Of a DNA stretch of 64,000 bases, positions 47,168 to 56,404 are shown one piece after another (position 1 is the stretch's first letter; every line of letters begins with the position of its first letter). The position numbers and the translations under genes were made by a program. The notes under the pieces are model-generated. The model did no database searches and was not told the origin of the DNA. It saw only the letters and a program-made list of their open reading frames with translations. The stretch is from positions 2,812-66,811 of the forward strand of contig CALKTH010000005.1 in NCBI GenBank assembly GCA_937997485.1, given 5' to 3'. Source of the stretch: an uncultured Acidimicrobiales bacterium (lineage in GTDB: Bacteria > Actinomycetota > Acidimicrobiia > Acidimicrobiales > SZUA-35).

Positions 47168-47429
47168 GCCGTTTGTGCCGCGAGCGTCTCGGGAGTGGAG
47201 AGGCTCTGCCCGAGCCGGTGAGATGGTCTAACCTACGCCGCCGAGACAGAGGGCGTTTGGTTTCGCCGGCTGCTCAACCGCTGTTGCAAGGTTGCCGCAG
47301 CGAACAGATGCGGTGAAAGACGCCGCTTGAGATACGCGCCCAGGCGGCGCGCTCGGGAAGATCCAAACGAATGATCATCGACGGCGTCCAGAACAACGAC
47401 AGGTTTGGCGCGGTCACCGGGCGGCGGCG

Positions 47430-47591
47430 ATGAACCGGCGGCTTGAGGTTGCGAGCTACTGGCTCTGGACGATCGGTTCCGTCTTGTTCATCGCGGCGTC
47501 CCTGCGTTCTGGCGATTGGATCTCGCTCGCGGCGAGTTTCCTGTACCTCTTCGGCTGCTTTGGTTTCCTCGCCTCCGTCAAGCGGAGTTGA
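47430..47591 (+). CDS. Small two-TM membrane protein (53 aa), below the ORF track cutoff
   Basis: MNRRLEVASYWLWTIGSVLFIAASLRSGDWISLAASFLYLFGCFGFLASVKRS; stop abuts the next gene's stop. Confidence 0.7.
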   Translation: MNRRLEVASYWLWTIGSVLFIAASLRSGDWISLAASFLYLFGCFGFLASVKRS

Positions 47592-48092
47592 TCACCGCAC
47601 CAACGGCTTGATCAGCAGCAGCGCTGGATTTGCCTCATCCCAGAGCGTTGGGAACTCCTCGACGCGGAGAAAGCCGACTGCCTCGTAGAAGGAACGGGTG
47701 CGTGCGTAGCCGGCGTCCTCGCGACTTGGGCCCAACGTCTTGACTTGCAAGACCTTTGCGCCTTCGTCTCTTGCGATCCGCTCCGCTCGCTCCACGAGCG
47801 CTGCTCCAACGCCGCACCGGTGCAACTGGGGTCGAACAGCGAGCAAGTGGATCTCCACACTCGCCCCGGGATGGCGAAGCAGCGAAACGAGACCGATCGC
47901 CGTGCTCTCGACCGCCGTGTCGTCGAGCGACGCAACGATGGTGGTGTGAGCCGAGACGTGGCGTTCGTAGTCCTCGTTCGCCTCGGGAAGACCGAAGAAG
48001 TCGGGAAGCTCGGCCAGCACCGAACGGCACACGCCTGAGGCGGCTGTTCCGCTGGTGCCGTTGTCGTACGCCGTGAGTTCGAAGGTAGTCAT
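47592..48092 (-). CDS. GNAT family acetyltransferase
   Basis: LAVRPQLHRCGVG, LQVKTLG, FYEAVGF. Confidence 0.88.
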   Translation of the reverse strand: MTTFELTAYDNGTSGTAASGVCRSVLAELPDFFGLPEANEDYERHVSAHTTIVASLDDTAVESTAIGLVSLLRHPGASVEIHLLAVRPQLHRCGVGAALVERAERIARDEGAKVLQVKTLGPSREDAGYARTRSFYEAVGFLRVEEFPTLWDEANPALLLIKPLVR

Positions 48093-48142
48093 CGCTCCGA
48101 ATATTGGCAGACGGATCGCATACGAGGTCCTAGATTTCCCGC

Positions 48143-48679
48143 ATGGCACTCGTCCTTCGCCCCGGTCAGCCAAGCGATGCGGCAGGCATCGCGAGCGTGC
48201 ATGTGCGCTCATGGCAGGTGGCCTATCGCGGCATCGTTACCCAGCAGCAGCTCGACCAGATGAGCATCGAGGAACGCACGGAGCGGTGGGAATCGATCTT
48301 CGCGATGGACGAGAGCGGCGAGGTGCCGGTGATCTCCGACAAGATGGTGGCCGAGGCTGACGGCGAGGTCGTCGGCTTCGCCTGCTTCGGCCCGGACCGC
48401 GATCGCCTTGATGAGCACGAGCGGGGCGAGGTGTGGTCGATCTATGTCGACTCTGACTCGTGGGGCACCGGCGCGGGGTATGCACTTCTTCTCGAGGCGA
48501 TGGCGGGGCTGCGTGAACAGCGCTGCACGCGTGCCTCGCTGTGGGTGTTGGAGGCCAACGAGCGGGCTCGGGCCTTCTACGAACGGCAGGGATGGCGGCC
48601 AGACGGCACACTGCAGGAGATCGACGTGTTCGGCGAGCAAGTCCCGGAAGTTCGCTACGAGATCAACCTGCTCCGCTAG
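48143..48679 (+). CDS. GNAT family acetyltransferase
   Basis: IYVDSDSWGTGAG, LWVLEANERARAFYERQGW. Confidence 0.9.
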   Translation: MALVLRPGQPSDAAGIASVHVRSWQVAYRGIVTQQQLDQMSIEERTERWESIFAMDESGEVPVISDKMVAEADGEVVGFACFGPDRDRLDEHERGEVWSIYVDSDSWGTGAGYALLLEAMAGLREQRCTRASLWVLEANERARAFYERQGWRPDGTLQEIDVFGEQVPEVRYEINLLR

Positions 48680-48688
48680 CGTGCCGCG

Positions 48689-49657
48689 GTGATTCAGACC
48701 CCGGTGGCACGAGCCATGACGCTGCTTGTCGTCTCGATGACGCTCGTGCCGCTGATGGACTCGTTTGGCAAGCTCCTCAGCACCGAAGAGGGCATCGCCC
48801 CGGCGTCGGTCGCGCTCGGTCGCTTCGGCGGCCAGATCATGTTTCTTGGCATCGGCTTTGTTGGGCTGGCCCTGATCGGCCGAGGCGTGACGGCACGGCC
48901 TGAGGTGCTGTGGGTCCATCTGGCACGTGGGTTCTTTCATGGCAGTGCCAGCCTGCTGTTCTTCGTCGCGCTGAAGTACATGCCGCTGGCGGACACGATC
49001 GCCGTCTTCTTCGTTGAGCCGATGATCCTTCTCGTGCTCTCCGCTGTGTTCTTGGGCGAACACGTGGGGTGGCCCCGCCGGATCGCCGCTGTGGTCGGAT
49101 TCGGCGGTGCGCTACTGGTCATCCAGCCGAGCTACGAGCTGTTCGGCCCCGTCTCGCTGCTGCCATTGGCCACCGCCCTGCTCTTCGCCACCTACCTGCT
49201 CTTCACTCGTAAGTTCGGCGTCGACGATCACCCGATGACGATGCAGCTCTGGTCTGGCGTGGGGGCGGTTGGAACGGCCCTCGTCTTCATCTCGATCGGC
49301 GAGGCCGTCAACGCCGGCGACTACCAGTTCACGTTGCCGGATTCCCGTGCAGCGGTGATCTACTTCCTCGCCATCGGCTTGATTTCAACCGGAGCGCACC
49401 TGTTCATCGTGGCTGCGTTCAAGCTGGCCGAAGCCTCGATCCTTGCGCCGTTCAACTATCTGGAGATCGTCACCGCGACGGTGTTCGGATTCTTCGTCTT
49501 CGACGAGTTCCCCGGCTCGCTGCAGTGGCTCGGCATCGTCATCATCGTCAGTACCGGGCTCTTCATCTTCTTTCGAGAGCGCGCACTGGAGCGCCGGGCC
49601 GAACTCGAACTGGCATCCCGAGACATCGCCCAGCCCTCAGCTCGGCCGCCCGCCTGA
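48689..49657 (+). CDS. DMT/EamA family transporter
   Basis: About 10 TM helices, MPLAD, LGEHVG, AEASILAPFNY. Confidence 0.9.
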   Translation: MIQTPVARAMTLLVVSMTLVPLMDSFGKLLSTEEGIAPASVALGRFGGQIMFLGIGFVGLALIGRGVTARPEVLWVHLARGFFHGSASLLFFVALKYMPLADTIAVFFVEPMILLVLSAVFLGEHVGWPRRIAAVVGFGGALLVIQPSYELFGPVSLLPLATALLFATYLLFTRKFGVDDHPMTMQLWSGVGAVGTALVFISIGEAVNAGDYQFTLPDSRAAVIYFLAIGLISTGAHLFIVAAFKLAEASILAPFNYLEIVTATVFGFFVFDEFPGSLQWLGIVIIVSTGLFIFFRERALERRAELELASRDIAQPSARPPA

Positions 49658-49701
49658 ACAGGCTGCCCGTGCCGCGGCGCGCGGCCAGGTGGTCGGGCGA
49701 A

Positions 49702-50547
49702 TCAGACGAAGCCGGTGAGATCTGGATTCACGCCGTGCACGATCTGCTGAGCGCGGGCCGTCACACCCGGCTTGGTCTCGTCGTGGGTGAGGATCCAGAA
49801 GCGGTTGTTGCGGACGGCGTCAACGACGGCCTCGCCTACCACGGAGGTGTCGATGCCGTTGTCGACCAAGGCCTCCATCATCGCCTGCATCTCGCTGTTC
49901 TCTTCCCGCTCGGGGAGCGTTGTCCGAACGTCCTCTGGCATGTTTCGATCGCTTTTGGCGATGCCGGTGGCGACGAACGCCGGACACAGCACGGAGACAC
50001 CAACGGAGGTCTGCATCATCTGCATCTCCTTCGACATCGTCTCGGACAGGGCAACCACGCCGTACTTCGAGATGTTGTACGGGCCCATGAAGGGAGCTGA
50101 GGCCAAGCCAGCCATCGATGCGGTGTTGACGATGTGGCAGGGCTCGCCGTGCTCAATCATCGCTGGCAGGAAGACCTTGCAGCCGTAGATCACGCCCCAC
50201 AGGTTGATATCGATTGTCCACCGCCATGCCTCGAGGTTGGTGGGATCAGCCGTCGGGCCACCGGCGCCTACGCCAGCGTTGTTGCACAACACGTGCACGT
50301 TGCCGAAGCGCTCGCGGGTTGCGGCCTCGAGCGCCACGATCTGGTCGTGCTCCCGTACATCCAGTTCGACGGCCAGCACCTCATGACCACGCTCGGTCAT
50401 GGCTGCTGCCGCCGCGTCGAGCGCTGGCTTCTCGACGTCGGCCATCACGAGGTTCATGCCAGCAGCGCCGAACTGCTTGGCCAGTTCGAAGCCGATGCCA
50501 CTGGCGGCGCCCGTGATGACTGCGGTCTTTCCGGAGAGGTCGTCCAT
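49702..50547 (-). CDS. SDR oxidoreductase
   Basis: TGAASGIG, NNAG, YNISK. Confidence 0.93.
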   Translation of the reverse strand: MDDLSGKTAVITGAASGIGFELAKQFGAAGMNLVMADVEKPALDAAAAAMTERGHEVLAVELDVREHDQIVALEAATRERFGNVHVLCNNAGVGAGGPTADPTNLEAWRWTIDINLWGVIYGCKVFLPAMIEHGEPCHIVNTASMAGLASAPFMGPYNISKYGVVALSETMSKEMQMMQTSVGVSVLCPAFVATGIAKSDRNMPEDVRTTLPEREENSEMQAMMEALVDNGIDTSVVGEAVVDAVRNNRFWILTHDETKPGVTARAQQIVHGVNPDLTGFV

Positions 50548-50606
50548 CTAGAGATGTGTAGCCGCTTCAGACCGTCCCGAAGCTATTGATTCGGTTCGGC
50601 TTGGGT

Positions 50607-51026
50607 TCAGGCCCGCTTCGAACGCATCGCTTTCAGCTGCTTGAGGTCGGCCCGGGCGAGGTACTCGTCGTACTCCGGGGAGTCCATCGAGATGAGGGCC
50701 GCCTTTCCCTCACCGTCAAAGGCCACGCCCCAGCCGTGGGTTTTGGTGAGCGGTGACGCTCGGAGGCACGGCTGGCCCTTGGAGTAGAACTGGCGGCGAA
50801 GCTCGGCGATCTCGTCGTCCGCCAGTGCGCCCTCGTCGTGGTTTCGTCGCAGCCAGGTGAGGAACAGCACGTCCTCCTGGGTGCGCCCGAACGCTCGCTC
50901 GTTGAGCAGCTCGAACTGCACCTCGGCAACGGAGGGACCCTTCTTGCCGGGCTTTGGAATCACTCCGGCCGTGGCCTTCGTATCTTCCGCAGCGGCAATG
51001 AAGGTGTCGTAGTAGTTGTGTTCCAT
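50607..51026 (-). CDS. Conserved hypothetical protein (DUF6157-like)
   Basis: NYYDTFI, KGQPCLRASPLTKTHGWG, KAMRSKR. Confidence 0.75.
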   Translation of the reverse strand: MEHNYYDTFIAAAEDTKATAGVIPKPGKKGPSVAEVQFELLNERAFGRTQEDVLFLTWLRRNHDEGALADDEIAELRRQFYSKGQPCLRASPLTKTHGWGVAFDGEGKAALISMDSPEYDEYLARADLKQLKAMRSKRA

Positions 51027-51071
51027 GGGGTGCTCCTGCGAGTGGCGAGTGGGTGGCCGTTGGGTGTGTGG

Positions 51072-51671
51072 CTACGCCACTGGGCGACCCATCCAGCCTG
51101 CCATCTGCTCGACGATCGTGGCGTCGGGACCAGGATCGACCACGGCGCCAAACGGGATCTCGGGTGTGTCACGACCCTCGGCCGGCAGCTGCTTGGCGGC
51201 GAAGAGCGCACCCATGAGGTGCTCGTCTGGAACGGTGAACTCCTGGTCGGTCGCGGTCGCCAGATCCCATCCGTGAACGCAGAGCTCAGCGGTGTAGGTG
51301 AGGAGCACGGGTGCTCCCGGGAGGTTTCCGAACGGCACCTCGAACATCTGCTCGAGCTTGGCTGAGTCTGTCCACGCTTCCATGCACTTGTGAGCACCGG
51401 CCTGGAAGTCCTCGGCCCAGCCGGATGCCACCGCAACCTGTTCCGTCGTGGAGAAGTGTTCGCCGCGACCCACAGCAGCGCAGCGCTCGACGACGAGGGT
51501 GAGGTGTTCGAGTAATTCCTTCACGGTGAAGTCGGGGCAGGGAGTCGGGTTGGTCAGCTTGTCGAGTGATCCGGCGATGAGCGGGTGGAGGGCCTGCACC
51601 GTCATGGCAAAGCCGATGCGGGGATCGTCGGCGGCCATCTCGGGTGCGTTGTTGGTCTCTGCGTTTGTCAT
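51072..51671 (-). CDS. Mycothiol-dependent maleylpyruvate isomerase-like metal-binding protein (DinB superfamily)
   Basis: PTPCPDFTVKELLEHL, ELCVHGWDLA, GWMGRP. Confidence 0.88.
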   Translation of the reverse strand: MTNAETNNAPEMAADDPRIGFAMTVQALHPLIAGSLDKLTNPTPCPDFTVKELLEHLTLVVERCAAVGRGEHFSTTEQVAVASGWAEDFQAGAHKCMEAWTDSAKLEQMFEVPFGNLPGAPVLLTYTAELCVHGWDLATATDQEFTVPDEHLMGALFAAKQLPAEGRDTPEIPFGAVVDPGPDATIVEQMAGWMGRPVA

Positions 51672-51690
51672 GGTTGCCACCTTGATGCAC

Positions 51691-51730
51691 AAACTGGCCA
51701 CCTCGTGTCCAGTTTTTCTGAGAAACTGGA
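51691..51730. promoter_or_regulatory. Overlapping inverted repeats, candidate WYL-regulator operator
   Basis: AAACTGG (51691) / CCAGTTT (51709) and TCCAGTTT / AAACTGGA (51723) in a 63-bp divergent gap. Confidence 0.6.
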
Positions 51731-51734
51731 AATC

Positions 51735-52700
51735 ATGCGTGCTGATCGGTTGATCGCTGTCCTTCTTCTGCTCCAACGGCACGAGACCGTCACGGCGTCG
51801 CAAGTGGCCGAGGAGCTCGAGGTCTCCGAGCGAACGGCGCGTCGAGATCTCGAAGCGCTCGCCATGTCCGGCGTCCCCGTGTACTCCCGTCACGGCCGAG
51901 GCGGCGGTTGGTCACTGATCGGAGGCGCCTCCACGGACCTGACGGGTCTCGTCGCCGACGAAGCCCAAGCGCTCTTCCTCGCCTTGAGCCCGGCGCTCGA
52001 CAACAACCCGGAGCTTCGCTCGGCACTCAACAAACTGACGGGTGCTCTGCCCGAGACTTTTCGAGCCCAGGCTCGGAACGCCGCAAGCGCCATCCGAATC
52101 GATCCCACTGCGTGGGGCCAGGAGGCCATCGTCGAACCCCCAGCGTTTCTGGAGCAGCTGACCGATGCCGTTGTTGAGGGGCGGCAAGTCGAAATGGACT
52201 ACGACAGCGCACGGCGAAGCAAGGGAACGCGCATTGTCCACCCGCTCGGTCTCATCGCCAAGCGAAACACCTGGTACCTCGTCGCCAACATGATCGAAGG
52301 TGAGACGCGGTCGTTCCGAGCCGACCGCGTGCTCTCGCTCCGGCTTCTCGACGATCCGGTGGATCGGCCCGTGGACTTCGATCTCGACAGGGAGTGGGCT
52401 CGTATCCGTTCCACGGTTGAGGCGATGCGCGTCGGCACCGAGATTCGGGTCCACATCGATCCGCAGATGATGGGTCCGCTGCGCTGGCTGTTTGGTTCCG
52501 AGCACGTCACCGAGCACGAGATCGTCCAGGCTGGCGAAACGGTGGGCATGGTCGACGTCACGGTCATGGCGCACAACCCGAACGTCTTCGCCGTTCAGAT
52601 TGCCGGATTCGGTAAACGCATCCGACTGATCGATGCTCCCGAGGAGACCTTCACTCGACTGGCCGAACTCGCCGCCGAACTCGTCGAGCTCTACGGCTGA
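51735..52700 (+). CDS. YafY-like HTH-WYL transcriptional regulator
   Basis: MRADRL, AEELEVSERTARRDLEAL, VHPLGL...WYLVA, FRADRV. Confidence 0.93.
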   Translation: MRADRLIAVLLLLQRHETVTASQVAEELEVSERTARRDLEALAMSGVPVYSRHGRGGGWSLIGGASTDLTGLVADEAQALFLALSPALDNNPELRSALNKLTGALPETFRAQARNAASAIRIDPTAWGQEAIVEPPAFLEQLTDAVVEGRQVEMDYDSARRSKGTRIVHPLGLIAKRNTWYLVANMIEGETRSFRADRVLSLRLLDDPVDRPVDFDLDREWARIRSTVEAMRVGTEIRVHIDPQMMGPLRWLFGSEHVTEHEIVQAGETVGMVDVTVMAHNPNVFAVQIAGFGKRIRLIDAPEETFTRLAELAAELVELYG

Positions 52701-52932
52701 GGTCGATCCAGCCTCTCCGCCCTCCCAACTGTGAGCGTTCAACGTGCGTGGCGGGCGTTTTGCGCACCGTTCGGGTCGCGACGAGGCACGTGATGTCGTT
52801 GCGGAGCGAATGCGGGCGGGTCGAAATTGCAGCGAACGACGACCTCGCGCCTGATCTCGCAGCGTCAGCCCACCGGAACGGTGGGCTGGACACGATATTT
52901 CGGCTGGGGTGGGTTCGGGGCGGGGGTGAGGG

Positions 52933-55182
52933 TCACTCTTTGGCGAGGACGACCTGGCCGGCGGCGTCGTGGTCAAGCTCTTGGTCGTCGTTGGCATCGA
53001 CAATGACTCGACGAAGTGCGCCGGTGAACGAGAACGGACTGGCGTAGTTTCCGACGGGGGTGCCTCGATCAAGGCCAATGTCGAGCCCGCTCCAGGAGAT
53101 CATCAAGAAGAAGATGTAGTTGGTCTCCATCTCGCCCGCTGGCTCGCCGTTGATCAGCAATGTGCCGGTGCCGGGGTGCATGCCGGGCTCGTCGCTGTGG
53201 CGGCGTCGCATTCGGAAGCCGAGTGTGCACTCGCCAGTCGGTACGGGCCGGTCGGAACGCACGAGCTGATGGGTCCCGCCGATATTGAGGTCGTGCACAA
53301 GATGACCGTCTTCGACATAGAGGCTGTAGCCGGTCGTGGCATCCCCGTGAGCAATGAGCACGCCCTCGCCCGAACCATCGGACGGCATCTCGACCTCAGC
53401 GGTGATGGTGTAGCTCCGGCTCCGGAGGTCGGGGGCCACGTCGGTGGGCACGTGACCCATGCCCTTCCAGAACTCGTACCGATTGCGACGGCCGTGATGA
53501 CGCTCCGCCTCCTCGGCAAAGCGAAGCGCAAACCGATCATCGAGCGGCAAGACCTTGTTGGCTTCCGCTGCCTTCCACCAATCGGCAACCATCGCGGCCA
53601 AGCGTTCCGGCTCGGTGGCGGCGAGATCGTTGGTTTCAGAGAAGTCCTCGTCGAGATGGAAGAGCTCCCACTGGTCGTCGTCGAACGGAGTACCGGGTGG
53701 GTGATAGGCCACGGCCTTCCAGCCGTCTTGCCAGATGCCGCGGTGACCGAACATCTCGAAGTGCTGCTCAGTCTTTCCGGTCTGGGCGCTGGCGTCGTCG
53801 AACGTCGAGGCGAAGCTCACACCAGTGATGGGGTCCTGTTCAACGCCGTTCACGTCCTCGGGTGCAACGACGCCGATGACGTCGAGCAGCGTGGGAGTGA
53901 TGTCGGACGCGTGGCAGAACTGGTCACGCGTCTCGCCCCGCGCAGTCATCCCGCCCGGCCAAGAAATCACGAGTGGATCCCGGATGCCGCCGCCGTGAGT
54001 GTTCTGCTTGTACCGACGCAGGGGAGTGTTCGACGCCATGGCCCAGCCCCACGGAAAGTTGGAGTGCGTATCTGGCCCGCCGATGTCGTCGAGCCGAGCG
54101 AACTTCTCATCCATCGGCTCCGGCACGCCGTTGAACGGGCCCATGGCGTTGATGAAGCCCTTCGGGCCACCCTCCTGGCTGGCGCCATTGTCGCTCAGCA
54201 CGAGTACCAGGGTGTCTTCGAGCTGACCGGTCTGTTCGAGGAAGTGGATCAGGCGACCAAGGTGTTGGTCAGCGTGGTCCAGCATCGCGGCGTACGCAGC
54301 CTGCAGTCGCTGGAACACCCGACGCTCGATATCGGTGTGCTCCTCCCACGCCTTCACGCCTGGATTGCGTTCGGGGAGCCGTGTGCCGGGTGGAACGATG
54401 CCCATTTCGATCTGGCGAGCCAGCCGGCTCTCCCGGGCTTCATCCCAACCGCCAGCGAAGAGCTTGTCGTACGTGTCGATCAGTTCGCGTGGTGCCTGGT
54501 GAGGAGCGTGGCACGCTCCAAAGCCGACATACGTGAGCCACGGTGTGTCCGGGAGCGCGGCCTTGTGGTCGGCCAGCTGATTGATGGCGTTGTCGATGAG
54601 ATCTTCGGTGACGTGATAGCCCGTCGCATACGAGCCCTCGACACTGATGTGGGTGTTGTCCCGCACCATCTCCGGCGAGTATTGATCCGTCTCGGCGTCG
54701 AGGAATCCGTAGAAGCGATCGAAGCCGCGGGCGAGAGGCCAGCCATCAAACGGCCCCGTTGGTCCCGTTTGGGTGAGTGGCGTGACGTGCCACTTGCCAA
54801 TCATGTAGGTCCGATACCCATGCGGCCGGAGCATCTCGGCGAAGGTGCCGGCGGAGCGGGCGATCTTGCCCCGATAGCCCGGGAAGCCACTGTCGAAGTT
54901 GGCCAGGCAACCCATTCCGACGGCGTGATGGTTGCGCCCGGTGAGGAGCGACGCACGGGTGGTGCTGCACATGGCGGTGGTGTGGAAGCCGGTGTAGCGG
55001 AGTCCGTTTCCGGCGAGCCGATCAATCGTTGGTGTGCTGATCGGCGAGCCGTAGCAACCGAAGTCGCTGAACCCCACATCATCGAACAGGACGATGAGAA
55101 CGTTGGGTGAGCCGGCGGGTGGCTGCGGGGGCGAGTCCCACGTGGGAGTCGAGTCTTCGAGATACCGGCCGATCCGTTGCAT
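52933..55182 (-). CDS. Arylsulfatase (formylglycine-dependent family)
   Basis: PNVLIVLFDD, CSTTRASLLTGR, GKWH, HAPH, SDNG. Confidence 0.92.
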   Translation of the reverse strand: MQRIGRYLEDSTPTWDSPPQPPAGSPNVLIVLFDDVGFSDFGCYGSPISTPTIDRLAGNGLRYTGFHTTAMCSTTRASLLTGRNHHAVGMGCLANFDSGFPGYRGKIARSAGTFAEMLRPHGYRTYMIGKWHVTPLTQTGPTGPFDGWPLARGFDRFYGFLDAETDQYSPEMVRDNTHISVEGSYATGYHVTEDLIDNAINQLADHKAALPDTPWLTYVGFGACHAPHQAPRELIDTYDKLFAGGWDEARESRLARQIEMGIVPPGTRLPERNPGVKAWEEHTDIERRVFQRLQAAYAAMLDHADQHLGRLIHFLEQTGQLEDTLVLVLSDNGASQEGGPKGFINAMGPFNGVPEPMDEKFARLDDIGGPDTHSNFPWGWAMASNTPLRRYKQNTHGGGIRDPLVISWPGGMTARGETRDQFCHASDITPTLLDVIGVVAPEDVNGVEQDPITGVSFASTFDDASAQTGKTEQHFEMFGHRGIWQDGWKAVAYHPPGTPFDDDQWELFHLDEDFSETNDLAATEPERLAAMVADWWKAAEANKVLPLDDRFALRFAEEAERHHGRRNRYEFWKGMGHVPTDVAPDLRSRSYTITAEVEMPSDGSGEGVLIAHGDATTGYSLYVEDGHLVHDLNIGGTHQLVRSDRPVPTGECTLGFRMRRRHSDEPGMHPGTGTLLINGEPAGEMETNYIFFLMISWSGLDIGLDRGTPVGNYASPFSFTGALRRVIVDANDDQELDHDAAGQVVLAKE

Positions 55183-55505
55183 CAAAAGATTCCGAGGAGT
55201 TCGAACTCAGGAAACATGGCGGTTGCGTTCGGTAGGTCCGCCAGCGTCTTGTACTCACAGCACTCGGCGTAGCGGCCCCACATCTCCAGCACGGCCGGAT
55301 GGCTGTGTGCGGTGTCGATTGCGGCTTGGTCTTTCCATTCGAACTGCTCGAGCAGCGTTCCGTCTGGCGCCCGCAAGATGGTGGATGGATGGTCGGTGGC
55401 GAGGCCCAGCTCGCGAAGCAGCGGCACGTGAGCTTTTGCCTCCCGCTCGAGCTCGGCCGCCTTGCCTTCTTTCGGTTGGAACACTCCGATGACGTGAACT
55501 CCCAT
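55182..55505 (-). CDS. Small ABM-like (dimeric alpha/beta barrel) protein
   Basis: FQPKEGK, FEWKDQAAIDTAHSHP; TGATG overlap with the sulfatase start. Confidence 0.7.
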   Translation of the reverse strand: MGVHVIGVFQPKEGKAAELEREAKAHVPLLRELGLATDHPSTILRAPDGTLLEQFEWKDQAAIDTAHSHPAVLEMWGRYAECCEYKTLADLPNATAMFPEFELLGIF

Positions 55506-55515
55506 GGCCGGGAGA

Positions 55516-56394
55516 CTAGGTCGCCGAGCGGTCTCGGAGGAAGTGTGAGAGCTGGCGATCGAAACGGCCGGTGGCCTTCTTCATCTCGACGCGGGGCTCG
55601 TAGCGAGGTTTGTCGAGTGAGACGGCACCTTCGGGTCGATCGCCGGTCACGGTCACGCGCTGGATGATTCGTTCGCCCACGAAATCATTGAGCACGTGGT
55701 GCTGAGTGCACCGGTTGTCCCACATGGCGATCGTGCCCTTGGTCCACCGGTAGCGAACGGTGAATCGCTCGGTGCGAACCCAGCCGGTGAGCAACGAGAG
55801 GAGCGCCTCGCTCTCGATGTGGGTCAGCTCCACGATGCGGCGAGTGAAGTGCTCGCTGACGTAGAGCACCTTCTCGCCCGTCACTGGATGGGTGCGAACG
55901 ACGGGATGCACTGCCATCTGCTCCGCCCGGTTGTGAGCATGCGCATCGTGCAGAGCGGTCAGACCCTCACACATCTCCTGCATCGCTGGCGAGAGCTGCT
56001 CGAAGGCCAGGGCCAGGTTCGTCCACATCGTGTCGCCACCTACCGGCGGGCACTCGACCATGTTGAGAATCGAGAGGATCGACGGCTCCTCTTGGAACGT
56101 GAGGTCGGTGTGCCATTCGTCGGCGATGCCGCCCCTCGACGCTGCGAGCTCGAAGATCTCGGGGTGATCGAGGAAGGCGTTCTTGATGTTGGGGTGGGCT
56201 TCGAGATCGCCACCGACGATCGCGGCCATGTGTCGCCCGAAGGCGACGTGGTCCTCAACGGCCAAGTGCTGGCCGGGAAAGAACAGCACCTTGTGTTCGA
56301 GAAGGAGTTGGTTGATCTCTTCGGTGTCGGCATCAGTGAGCGAGAGGCCGTGGACCTCGGCGCCCAATGACGGGCTCAGCTGCTCGACCTTCAC
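55516..56394 (-). CDS. TauD/TfdA family 2-oxoglutarate dioxygenase
   Basis: WHTD, GGDT, HPVVRTHPVTG, WDNRCTQH. Confidence 0.93.
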   Translation of the reverse strand: MKVEQLSPSLGAEVHGLSLTDADTEEINQLLLEHKVLFFPGQHLAVEDHVAFGRHMAAIVGGDLEAHPNIKNAFLDHPEIFELAASRGGIADEWHTDLTFQEEPSILSILNMVECPPVGGDTMWTNLALAFEQLSPAMQEMCEGLTALHDAHAHNRAEQMAVHPVVRTHPVTGEKVLYVSEHFTRRIVELTHIESEALLSLLTGWVRTERFTVRYRWTKGTIAMWDNRCTQHHVLNDFVGERIIQRVTVTGDRPEGAVSLDKPRYEPRVEMKKATGRFDRQLSHFLRDRSAT

Positions 56395-56404
56395 GATGCG
56401 ACCT

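Noticed and set aside
32295-52700. Defence island based on the HerA-like ATPase and WYL protein
   Set aside because: They are 17 kb apart among metabolic genes with no effector partners; the WYL gene has an ordinary divergent target.
52969-55110. Long antisense ORFs (also 88..741, 26131..27324, most of 27353..29050, 61901..62797)
   Set aside because: Shadow frames opposite well-supported genes, as expected in high-GC DNA.
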